DNA of 64,000 bases from Microcoleus sp. (lineage in GTDB: Bacteria > Cyanobacteriota > Cyanobacteriia > Cyanobacteriales > Microcoleaceae). The position numbers and the translations under genes are program-made. The notes below the pieces were generated by a model. It did not search any database, had not been told where the DNA came from, and worked only from the letters and a program-made list of their open reading frames with translations. The stretch spans positions 2,336,001 to 2,400,000 of the forward strand of contig CP181291.1 in the NCBI GenBank assembly GCA_052279835.1, given 5' to 3'. The first letter of the stretch is position 1. The number at the start of each line of letters is the position of its first letter. This document shows positions 41,001 through 49,745 of this stretch, one piece after another.

Positions 41001-44000
41001 CTAAATCTACTATACGGCCCTCTAGAGGCGAGCGGTTCCGCTGGTAAAATACTAAAACTGCCAGCACTTCTCCCTCAGCGCGAATTGGTATGCCGAAACA
41101 AGCTTTTAATCCACTTTCTCTTGCCAGTTCCCATCGCGAAAAAACGGGATTTACGCCATCGGATATATCCTCTCTCCACTCCATTTGTTTAGTCAGCCAA
41201 ATGCGCCCCGGTAGTCCGACTCCCAGTCCAAATACAAACTGATGGCTTTCACGTCCAAAAGCCTGCAAAGTCGGCTCGCTAGCATACCAACTTGGGCTGT
41301 GTTCTAGAAAAGTGCCATCAGCAGCAGGTATCCAAGCTTCGGCAAAATTCCAGCCGATAGCGTTGCACAAAAAGCGCAAAACATTGGCGATCGCGCTCTC
41401 GAAGTCTGGGGACTGACTAATTGCTTGAGTTGCTGCTAGCAACAACTTGATTTCATCTTCTGTTTGCTTACTTTCAGTAATATCAGTTCCCGCGCCCAAA
41501 ATTTGTTTTAATCGACCGGCTGGGGTTTTCATAAATACAGTATCTCGGCTGACAATCCAGCGCCAAGAACCATCCTTATGCTGCATTCTGTATTCAACTT
41601 CAAAGATATCGCCTTGGCCACCTGTTTCTACTTGCTGTAAATAATCAGGAATTTTGCTCAAATCTTCCGGGTGCATCAATTGAGAAATCATCTCTACACC
41701 CATAGCCTGAAGTTCTTCTACTGTATAGCCTAAAACTTGAGATATGGAAGCATTAGTATAAATAATTTTATGTTCGATCAAATCGTAAACATACAAAATA
41801 TTAGGACTAGCTTCAGCAATTTTTTCGGCGAACCGCTGACTATCTTGCAGCTTTATTTCGGCTTGTTTTTTAGCAGAAAGATCGCGGACAATAGAAATAA
41901 TTTCGCCCCCTTCCAGCATAGTCAGGGACAGTTCTTGAGGAAAGTTGGAGCCGTCGCTGCGACATCCGATGGCTTCGGTGTTGCAATATCCTTTTGTGGT
42001 TAAAGCCGGGAAAATTTCTTGCTCCAACCTTTGTAGTTCTGCACTTTCATAGCATATTTTCCAGCTTTGAGCGAACATGGCTTCGGGAGATTCGCAACCA
42101 TACATTTTGAGTTGAGCTGCGTTGCAATAAATGAACTCTCCGCCGGCACCGATGATGGCGATGCCCTCGGAAGCGGCGGACATGGCGGCGGCTTGTCGCT
42201 GGATGGCGGACTCAGAACGTTTGCGATCGGTGATATTACGGACGATCGCGATAATGTCGTCATCGCTACAAAATACAATTCTGGCTTCAAAATCGTACAG
42301 TTCACCATTAACTGACATGGGATATTCTACGATTTGAATTTCACCATTGTCGATCGCTTGTTTGTTCCCAGATACGATCTTGTCAGCAAAAACCGACGGT
42401 AGAATGTCTTGGACTTTTTTGCCGATAAAAATACTTTCTTTAAGTATAATATTCGGTTCTTTTGCAGGTTTGAAGTCTACAAAAGTGCCATCGGCGCGAC
42501 AGCGAAACATCATGTCTGGTATGGCGTTTAAAAGGGCTCGATTGGTGGCTTCACTTTTGCGTAATTCTGCTTCGGCTTGCTTGTTTAATGTAACATCGCG
42601 GGCCACTGCATAAATTAAACCTTCTTCACCAAAGGGCGATGCCGTCCAGGACAGCCATTTATAAGTACCATCTTGGCAAAGGTAGCGGTTTTCTAAGTTA
42701 ATAACTGGGTTGCCACTTTTGAGTGTTTCCAATTTAGCTCTGGTTATTGCTCGGTCTTCGGGATGCACAAATTCTATAAAAGGTTTGGCTATAAGTTCCC
42801 CTTCGCTGTAACCTAAAGCATTTGACCAAGCAGGATTTAAGCGTCTGAAATAGCCGTCTAAACCCGCAATGCAAAGTAAATCGAGGGAAATATTAAAGAA
42901 GCGATCGCGCTCTTTTTGAGTTTGTTTTAATTCGGTGATATCCATCACCAAGCCATCCCAAACTAAATCGCCATTGGCTTGCTTTTCCGGTTTGGCAGCG
43001 CCTTGCAGCCACTTCACTTTGTCCGGCATAATTTGCCGCCACTGCTGATGCCATTGCAGCAGCGTATTCGCCGATTTTATTATTGATTTGTGGAACTCTT
43101 CTAGGTCATCTGGATGAATATTTTCAAAACCCAATTCTGCATTTTGTTCTAGCTGTTTAGGTGCTAATTCGTAAATTTCATTACAACCGGAAGAAACGTA
43201 GCAAAATTTTTTTTCTCCATCCTTATTAATGCGGAATTGATAAATCATTCCCGGTACGTTAGCTGTCATTTTTTCCAGCCGAGAGCGGGTTTGCCTCAAT
43301 GCTATTTGCTGCCGCTTGTACTCGGTGACATCTCGGATAGTACCTACTAACATTTTACTGCCTTCGGCTGTTTTAAAAATAATTTTTTTGGTAGATATAA
43401 TTCTTTTTTTACCGCGGCTATCTATAAATTTTTCTTCCGTTTCATCAGGAATTTCTGTTTTCAATACCGCTGCGTCTTTTTGTAAAAACAAGTTCGCTAT
43501 GTCTTCCGGTAAAAAGTCGTATCCACATTTACCTATAAGTTCGGTTCGCGGTTTTCCCATTAACTCGCAAAAAGCATCGTTTAATACTACCCAACGGTGT
43601 TGTTCGTCTTTGACAAAAATTGGGTCTGGTGTCGCATTAATCGTGTGCTTTAAAAATTGTCGAGATGCTTTGAGTTGAACTTCATAGCGGTGGCGATCGC
43701 TCACATCCAAGACCACTTTAATCATCCGATCGATCGACCCGTCTAGGCTGCGGATGCAGCGCAGCGACACTCTAGTATAAACTATTCCACCGTTTTTTTT
43801 GCGCCATCTTTTGTCTAAAACGTAACCTTGACTCTTACCTGTTAAAATTTTCTTGAGCTGCTCGGAACTAGCTTGCCAATCTTCAGGAAAAGTCAATTTC
43901 TCCCAATTACACTGCAACAGTTCTTCGCGCTCGTATCCCAGCAAATTGCACAAAGCATCGTTGACTTCCAACCACTCACATTTTTCTGGTTGTGAGGGAG

Positions 44001-44517
44001 AAACTGGCGCTGCCAGAATGGCGATTCCGACTAGGCAATTCTCCACTACGGATCGATATTTTGCTTCACTTTTTCGCAAAGCTTCTTGGTTGTGTTGTCT
44101 TTCCACTGCGTAACGCAGCGATCGCATTAACACTTCGCTGTCTATTTTTCTTTTGACTAGATAATCTTGAGCTCCTGTTTGGATCGACTGCACGGCTAGT
44201 TCTTCATCGTTGCGGGCCGTGAGCACCACGATCGGAGTATTGACGCTGTATTCTTGAATTTTAACAATTGTAGTTAAGTCTTGGCTGTCCGGCAGTGACA
44301 GATCTAGTAATATGACATCAAATTTTTCCTTTAGTAAAAGCTCCTGTGCTTTACTGAGACGATCGGCGCGACTTATCAATAGCCGTTGGGGCAACGATCG
44401 GGAAACATTGGTTTCTAATAATAATTCTTCGATCAGCTCAGCTTCGGCCCGATTGTCTTCGACGAGGAGAACCTTAAAGCCATGGCGCTCTGCGGTTGGG
44501 TTCAAAACTGATATCAT
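38047..44517 (-). CDS. Giant hybrid histidine kinase REC-PASx7-GAF-PASx2-GAF(DXCF CBCR)-HisKA-HATPase-REC
   Basis: Domain motifs read from the translation, including MSHELRTPLN and DPCF...ECY in the second GAF. The ATG at 44517 is preferred over the TTG at 44574. Confidence 0.92.
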   Translation of the reverse strand: MISVLNPTAERHGFKVLLVEDNRAEAELIEELLLETNVSRSLPQRLLISRADRLSKAQELLLKEKFDVILLDLSLPDSQDLTTIVKIQEYSVNTPIVVLTARNDEELAVQSIQTGAQDYLVKRKIDSEVLMRSLRYAVERQHNQEALRKSEAKYRSVVENCLVGIAILAAPVSPSQPEKCEWLEVNDALCNLLGYEREELLQCNWEKLTFPEDWQASSEQLKKILTGKSQGYVLDKRWRKKNGGIVYTRVSLRCIRSLDGSIDRMIKVVLDVSDRHRYEVQLKASRQFLKHTINATPDPIFVKDEQHRWVVLNDAFCELMGKPRTELIGKCGYDFLPEDIANLFLQKDAAVLKTEIPDETEEKFIDSRGKKRIISTKKIIFKTAEGSKMLVGTIRDVTEYKRQQIALRQTRSRLEKMTANVPGMIYQFRINKDGEKKFCYVSSGCNEIYELAPKQLEQNAELGFENIHPDDLEEFHKSIIKSANTLLQWHQQWRQIMPDKVKWLQGAAKPEKQANGDLVWDGLVMDITELKQTQKERDRFFNISLDLLCIAGLDGYFRRLNPAWSNALGYSEGELIAKPFIEFVHPEDRAITRAKLETLKSGNPVINLENRYLCQDGTYKWLSWTASPFGEEGLIYAVARDVTLNKQAEAELRKSEATNRALLNAIPDMMFRCRADGTFVDFKPAKEPNIILKESIFIGKKVQDILPSVFADKIVSGNKQAIDNGEIQIVEYPMSVNGELYDFEARIVFCSDDDIIAIVRNITDRKRSESAIQRQAAAMSAASEGIAIIGAGGEFIYCNAAQLKMYGCESPEAMFAQSWKICYESAELQRLEQEIFPALTTKGYCNTEAIGCRSDGSNFPQELSLTMLEGGEIISIVRDLSAKKQAEIKLQDSQRFAEKIAEASPNILYVYDLIEHKIIYTNASISQVLGYTVEELQAMGVEMISQLMHPEDLSKIPDYLQQVETGGQGDIFEVEYRMQHKDGSWRWIVSRDTVFMKTPAGRLKQILGAGTDITESKQTEDEIKLLLAATQAISQSPDFESAIANVLRFLCNAIGWNFAEAWIPAADGTFLEHSPSWYASEPTLQAFGRESHQFVFGLGVGLPGRIWLTKQMEWREDISDGVNPVFSRWELARESGLKACFGIPIRAEGEVLAVLVFYQRNRSPLEGRIVDLVKAVATQLGSHIQRKQAEEELRKSEERWQLVLKGNQDGIWDFNLQTNEVFRSARWKEIIGYSDTEIDTNNTEWTERIHPEDAWRVQTAIQDYLDRKTPNYASEYRLLCKDGSYKWVLARAQAVWDQAGNPLRMVGSMTDISDRKQAELELLKVTQAVESTSDAIAITDLKGRSIYHNQAFIQRYGYTVEELNRLNAAEVMYVQPKIYKQIYKTIRTGLSWSDEIELKTKNGEAVTTLVRADNIKDENGNFIGSVGVITDISERKKVEETLRQQLNREQLAVSMLERIRASLNLEEILTTTVEEVRLFLQVDRTVIYQFTPSWSGFIAVESVKEDCMAIAGREIYDPCFGEAYVDLYKDGRIRATDDVYNAGIAECYLNVLTDLHVRANLVVPILQGEKLWGLLIAHHCTGPRPWQKFEAECLQQLAVQLAIAIQQSTLFQKAQTEIAERKQAEAALQLAKEAAEAANRAKSDFLANMSHELRTPLNGILGYIQLLKNERNLTTEQLDILTNALQCGHHLLTLINDVLDLAKIEANKMELSVSEVDFRNLIKNIVDLFKMRSDQKGIAFNYEELSVLPNYVLADEKRVRQVLINLLSNAVKFTDHGGVTLKVGYVDNVAEYASPINSINSSLTAANRDGMATLTPNLEPQKQSIAPGDATEAPNLAKLPPTKIRFQVEDSGIGIRENKLAEIFLPFHQVGDRSNVVEGTGLGLSISQKIVNMMGSQIHVESTSGIGSIFWLDIDLPAVAQCSEIPSPREKHRIVGFVGLKRKVLVVDDNEANRAMLHKMLSRLGFEIVEATDGEDCLHKALEFQPDLILMDLLMPVMDGWEATRRLRHLPELKDAVILALSASVYETTRQESILAGCNGFLSKPIQNNELLESLRVNLGLEWVYEEGPSANKRKAPTPKTASDLAAADKIASPACESVLALLRLCAMGDIEAILEEIAKLENSDPKLVPFAHHVRQLAKGFQIKQMRAFLKEHLS

Positions 44518-45181
44518 AAATACCCAGATTTTTATCGTAAAGCATTCGTAGTAACCATTATAGCATATAAGCAATTCAATGCTGAAATATACAACTGGGA
44601 ATAATTTAAAACTGCTTGACTGAATTCTCTCTGACTCAGCAGAAATTAGCGACTCTCTCTCCTAAGTAAGAAAATCGTTGACACACCTTTAAAAGCGATC
44701 GTCCCATGAAAATCCACAGGAGGGATGAATACGGGGGTTGTGACCTAGTTCTTTTGTCTTGGCTTGATGATAGCTGATATTTCCTAGTCGCTGCCATCTT
44801 TTTACTTGTGGCAACCCAGGAAAATTTTCTCTGATCTATTGTGTTTTCCCAAAAAAGTGATAATCTATAAATAGAGGCCATAAACGATATTGAGCTAAAA
44901 AGCCTCTGGCACGATCTGTGCATAAATACACTTAAATTCACTTTGAGGAGCCGGGGATCAAGGTTTTAGTGATAATCAAAATAGTTTTATTGGGAGAAAA
45001 TCTTAGCTGTTAAGGTGAGTAATTCATTTGATTGAATGATTAGCAGGCAGGATACAGCTAATAAATAGTGACGAAAAAATCAAGAAGTCTGGATATTTAG
45101 AGATTGACTTCGTAAGAAAACTAAGTTCAAACTTTTTGCTGTCCTTTGACCGAAATGAGCTAAAAAGTAGAGGAAAAAGCA

Positions 45182-47659
45182 ATGACCCACAAATTAGCAA
45201 TTCCAGAAAAGCAGCTTCAAATTCCCAAAGACAAAGCCTTAATATTATGGTTCGATGAAGTCGGCATCGCTGACATCCCCTTAGTCGGTGGCAAAAATGC
45301 TTCCTTGGGGGAAATGATTCAACAGCTAACTCCCAAAGGAGTGAATGTTCCCAACGGGTTTGCAACTACAGCATACGCTTACCGCTACTTCATCGAGTCG
45401 GCGGGTTTAGATAGTAAACTGCGCGAACTTTTTGCTGACTTGGAAGTCGAAAATGTCAACAACCTGCGCCAAAAAGGCAAGCAAGCGCGATCGCTGATTT
45501 TGGAAACGCCGTTTCCGCCAGACTTGCAAGCGGCGATCGCCAGCGCTTACGATAAATTGTGCGATCGCTATGGCGAGAGTACAGATGTAGCAGTCCGTTC
45601 CTCCGCCACCGCCGAAGACTTACCAGACGCCAGCTTCGCCGGACAACAAGAAACCTACCTCAACGTACATGGCTGCACCAGCGTGCTCGAATGCAGCCAC
45701 AAATGCTTCGCTTCCATATTCACCGACAGAGCGATTTCCTACCGTCAACTCCGAGGCTTCGACCATTTTGATGTCGCCTTATCAGTAGGTGTGCAAAAAA
45801 TGGTGCGATCGGACTTAGCATCCTCCGGTGTCATGTTCAGCATCGACACCGAAACCGGTTTCAAAAACGCCGCCCTCATCACCGCAGCCTATGGATTGGG
45901 GGAAAACATCGTTCAAGGTGCCGTAAACCCCGACGAATACCTAGTCTTCAAACCAACATTGAAACAAGGTTTCCGCCCAATTCTCGACAAACGCCTCGGC
46001 ACCAAAAAAATTAAAATGGTGTACGATATTGGCGGTTCCAAATACACCAAAAACGTCTCAGTAGCAACCACAGAACGCGAAAAATTTGCCATTAACGATG
46101 ACGAAATTCTGCAATTAGCACAGTGGGCAGTATTAATAGAAGAACACTACTCCGAAGTGCGCGGAACTCCCACGCCCATGGACATCGAGTGGGCAAAAGA
46201 CGGCAATACCGGCGAATTATTCATCGTCCAAGCGCGACCGGAAACAGTACAATCTCAAAAATCAGTTACAGTTTTGCGGAGTTACAAACTGCAAGGTTCT
46301 AGCGCTGTTTTGGCCAAGGGACGGGCTGTGGGCGAGGCCATTGGACAAGGGAAAGCCCGCGTAATTTTAGAAGTTAGTGAAATCGGTGAATTTGAAGCAG
46401 GGGAAGTTTTAGTCACCAACAAAACAGACCCGGATTGGGAACCCATTATGAAAAAAGCCAGTGCGATTGTCACCAACTCTGGCGGCCGTACTTGTCATGC
46501 AGCAATCATTGCGCGAGAAATGGGAATTCCGGCAATTGTTGGCACCGGTGATGGGACAAAACTCTTAAAGAATGGTCAAGAAATCACTGTTTCTTGTGCC
46601 GAAGGAGAGGAAGGCAAAGTTTATTCGGGTTTGGTGCCGTTTGCAGTCCAAGAAAGTGCGATCGACAATTTACCCCGCACTCGCACTCAAATCTTAATGA
46701 ATGTCGGCAACCCCGAAGAAGCCTTTGGTTTATCAGCAATTCCTTGCGACGGTGTGGGATTGGCGCGACTGGAATTCATCATTGCCAATCACATTAAAGC
46801 ACACCCCTTAGCACTGATTCACTTTAACAAATTGGTAGATAAATCAGTCAAACGCGAAATTGCCAAACTCACAGCGCTTTACGAACACAAGCCCGATTTC
46901 TTTACCGACAAATTAGCCCACGGAATAGGCACCATTGCCGCTGCATTCTATCCCAATCCTGTCATCGTGCGGATGAGCGATTTCAAGAGCAATGAATACG
47001 CTAATCTGTTAGGAGGGCGACAGTTTGAACCCAAGGAAGAAAACCCAATGATTGGGTGGCGGGGTGCCTCTCGCTATTACGACCCAAATTACCGCGAAGC
47101 TTATGCTTTGGAATGCAAGGCTCTGAAGCGAGTTCGCAATGAAATGGGCTTGACAAATGTGATTCCGATGATTCCATTTTGCCGCACCCCGGAGGAGGGG
47201 CGAAAGGTGTTAGCGGAGATGGCGAAACACGGTTTAGTCAAGGGCGAAAATGGCTTACAGGTGTATGTGATGTGCGAATTACCTAGCAATGTCATATTTG
47301 CTGATGAATTCGCCCAGGTATTTGATGGATTCTCGATCGGCTCTAACGATCTGACTCAGCTAACATTGGGATTAGACCGGGATTCTGCTTTAGTCGCGCA
47401 CATTTTTGACGAACGGAATGAAGCTGTGAAGCGGATGGTGGAAATTGCAATTAAAGCGGCGAAAAAATACGGCCGCAAGATTGGAATTTGCGGTCAAGCC
47501 CCTAGTGATTATCCTGAATTTGCTCGGTTCTTGGTTGAGTTGGGAATTGATTCGATTAGTTTGAATCCTGATTCTGTTTTGAAGACTTTGTTGGATGTTG
47601 CTAAGGTTGAGAGTACGGCTTCGATGATGGACTTGGTGATGGATGTAGCGCCTGTTTAA
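45182..47659 (+). CDS. ppsA: Phosphoenolpyruvate synthase
   Basis: GGKNASLGEM, AVRSSATAED, SFAGQQET, GGRTCHAAI (phospho-His) and FSIGSNDLTQ. Confidence 0.96.
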   Translation: MTHKLAIPEKQLQIPKDKALILWFDEVGIADIPLVGGKNASLGEMIQQLTPKGVNVPNGFATTAYAYRYFIESAGLDSKLRELFADLEVENVNNLRQKGKQARSLILETPFPPDLQAAIASAYDKLCDRYGESTDVAVRSSATAEDLPDASFAGQQETYLNVHGCTSVLECSHKCFASIFTDRAISYRQLRGFDHFDVALSVGVQKMVRSDLASSGVMFSIDTETGFKNAALITAAYGLGENIVQGAVNPDEYLVFKPTLKQGFRPILDKRLGTKKIKMVYDIGGSKYTKNVSVATTEREKFAINDDEILQLAQWAVLIEEHYSEVRGTPTPMDIEWAKDGNTGELFIVQARPETVQSQKSVTVLRSYKLQGSSAVLAKGRAVGEAIGQGKARVILEVSEIGEFEAGEVLVTNKTDPDWEPIMKKASAIVTNSGGRTCHAAIIAREMGIPAIVGTGDGTKLLKNGQEITVSCAEGEEGKVYSGLVPFAVQESAIDNLPRTRTQILMNVGNPEEAFGLSAIPCDGVGLARLEFIIANHIKAHPLALIHFNKLVDKSVKREIAKLTALYEHKPDFFTDKLAHGIGTIAAAFYPNPVIVRMSDFKSNEYANLLGGRQFEPKEENPMIGWRGASRYYDPNYREAYALECKALKRVRNEMGLTNVIPMIPFCRTPEEGRKVLAEMAKHGLVKGENGLQVYVMCELPSNVIFADEFAQVFDGFSIGSNDLTQLTLGLDRDSALVAHIFDERNEAVKRMVEIAIKAAKKYGRKIGICGQAPSDYPEFARFLVELGIDSISLNPDSVLKTLLDVAKVESTASMMDLVMDVAPV

Positions 47660-47766
47660 CCGAGAATTTTATCTCTGTGAGACATCTCCCATAATCCCTA
47701 GGGAGGATTGTAGAGGGCGATGCACCCTCAAGCTACTGTTGCATGATTTTGGATAACTGGCCTTGG

Positions 47767-47799
47767 AACCCCGACTTCACCCTCAGAAGTCGGGGTTTT
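47767..47799 (+). terminator. Stem-loop/terminator downstream of ppsA (also a common dispersed palindrome type)
   Basis: AACCCCGACTTC...GAAGTCGGGGTT followed by TT. Confidence 0.6.
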
Positions 47800-48895
47800 A
47801 CTGTCATATCGTTGACCGTTGCATCGTCAGGTGATTTAACCTTACTAGAACACAGAGAACACAGAGAGATCAGAGAGAAATGAATACAGGACGATGAAGA
47901 GAGGAATTGATATCAGGTGATTGTTCACTGTTGACTGCTATCTGCAAATTCTCTTGTGGGAGCTCAACTCGCAGCCACGCACGCGGACGATTCATACTCT
48001 ACTTGATGAACCTGCAATATGCTGTATGACTTATAACTAATGACTGATGACTAATGACTATCGCCTCTTTTTTTTTCAAAAGATCCGGTTACAAATCCCC
48101 TAATTTGTTGTTCTAATTATGTAAGGAAAAAGCTTGTAGAGTATAACTTGAAAGGTTTTCAGCTACCCAGGGATTGAGGGGGAATGAACCCGGATTTTAA
48201 TTAAATTTTATACTCCTATAAACTCAACTATAAACTGGTGTTCTAATTTATATAGAAGGCATCGGTTAGGCGATCGCACATATTAATCCCGAAACTATTG
48301 ACGATTTTATTTAAAAGGTTTAACTTATATAAGGGGTTGCATCTAAGAGTATTTGCGGATAGGCAAAATATCAGTTAGTATTTACTTACGTGTGAAGAGG
48401 TTTGTGTCAACTTGTTGTGAATCAGGAGATTTAATACCGACTACTTAAAATATCATAGAACCCTAGGGCTAGCTTAGACAGGACAGGACAGACATTGTAG
48501 AAAGTGTGTTTATGGTTAAGCATATTAATCCTAAACATTTGCCCTTAGACAGATGGCAAATCTCCAACCTACTTTCTCAAACAGAGTCCTAAAAAAATCA
48601 CTCTCCTGGAAGCAATTGTCATAATTGGTATGGTGATCTACAGTTTTAGAACCTCTAAAAATAGTTTAAAAAACTGATCGGATGCACCAGAATATTCACA
48701 ATTACCGATTCCCGTTGCCTCCAGGAGTGAATCACCCCCAAAAAATACCGAACATCTACTTTACCGAAAAAAATGATGGCATACTCTAGATGTATAGTTG
48801 GAAAAATTGCGGGTTAGTGAAACTCTTCCGTATTGGCGATCGCCCTGTCCGAACTTAAAGCATAGATTTTGCGTTTCCAGACTACAATGACCAAT

Positions 48896-49084
48896 TTTTT
48901 AGCATCCTCATCGATACAGGGTACATCTATTTCCAGAGGATGAATTATCAGCAGCCTACTTTTTAGCATCCTCATCGATACAGGGTATATCTATTTCCAG
49001 AGGATGAATTATCAGCAGCCTACTTTTTAGCATCCTCATCGATACAGGGTATATCTATTTCCAGAGGATGAATTATCAGCAGCC
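48896..49084. repeat. Three tandem copies of a 64-bp unit
   Basis: AGCATCCTCATCGATACAGGG recurs at 48901, 48965 and 49029; the copies differ at about one base. Confidence 0.95.
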
Positions 49085-49745
49085 GAGGATCAAATTAGGT
49101 CAACTGATTCTGCAAGGTAGCAATCGTAACCATTTAATTTTCCCTCTAGCACTAGGGCAAAAAAAGCTCTTTTCTGGGAAATCTCGTCGATATCTCGCCT
49201 GAGATATGGATGCAAAAACCGGGTGTGTCCACCCCCGTTCGTAAAATTGTGGTAATTATTGCTACCTGTTGGTGGACATCAGGCTGATAGCGATTTTCAA
49301 GACATGGAAGTATGAGTCGATCGCTCGTCAATCACCGATGAATTGTTACCTAGAACACCAGGGCTAAATCAGACTGTCTATGGTAGAGGTGAACGCAGAA
49401 AATATGATCAAAAACTTTTTGATAATTCCTGTTTTTGCCGACTGGTGGACGTAATAGATCTGTGTTAAACCCAAATCCACTTCCAAACAGAATGTAAACA
49501 GCACTAATAAATTGATAGCAATAAATCCAACTTGGGGCTTCGGCTTCTAAAATATTCTCCCTCGTTTGGTAATACTTGCAACGCTATCAAATACCAATTA
49601 AGAGACTATTGATTTGAATTTTTGAATTCTTGTTTCAATTAGTCACCCAAAACTCAAAAGAGCTGAATGTATTACTCTCAATCGCCGAATAAATCGGTTG
49701 TCCAACAAATAGTTTATTTTAGAGAATTTGTGAGTTTTTTGAATC

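Noticed and set aside
44636..45365. ORFs 44636..44941 and 45024..45365
   Set aside because: No motifs; they lie in or overlap the divergent promoter region and the start of ppsA.
48896..49084. CRISPR array
   Set aside because: The units are contiguous and near-identical, with no unique spacers, and there are no cas genes in the window.
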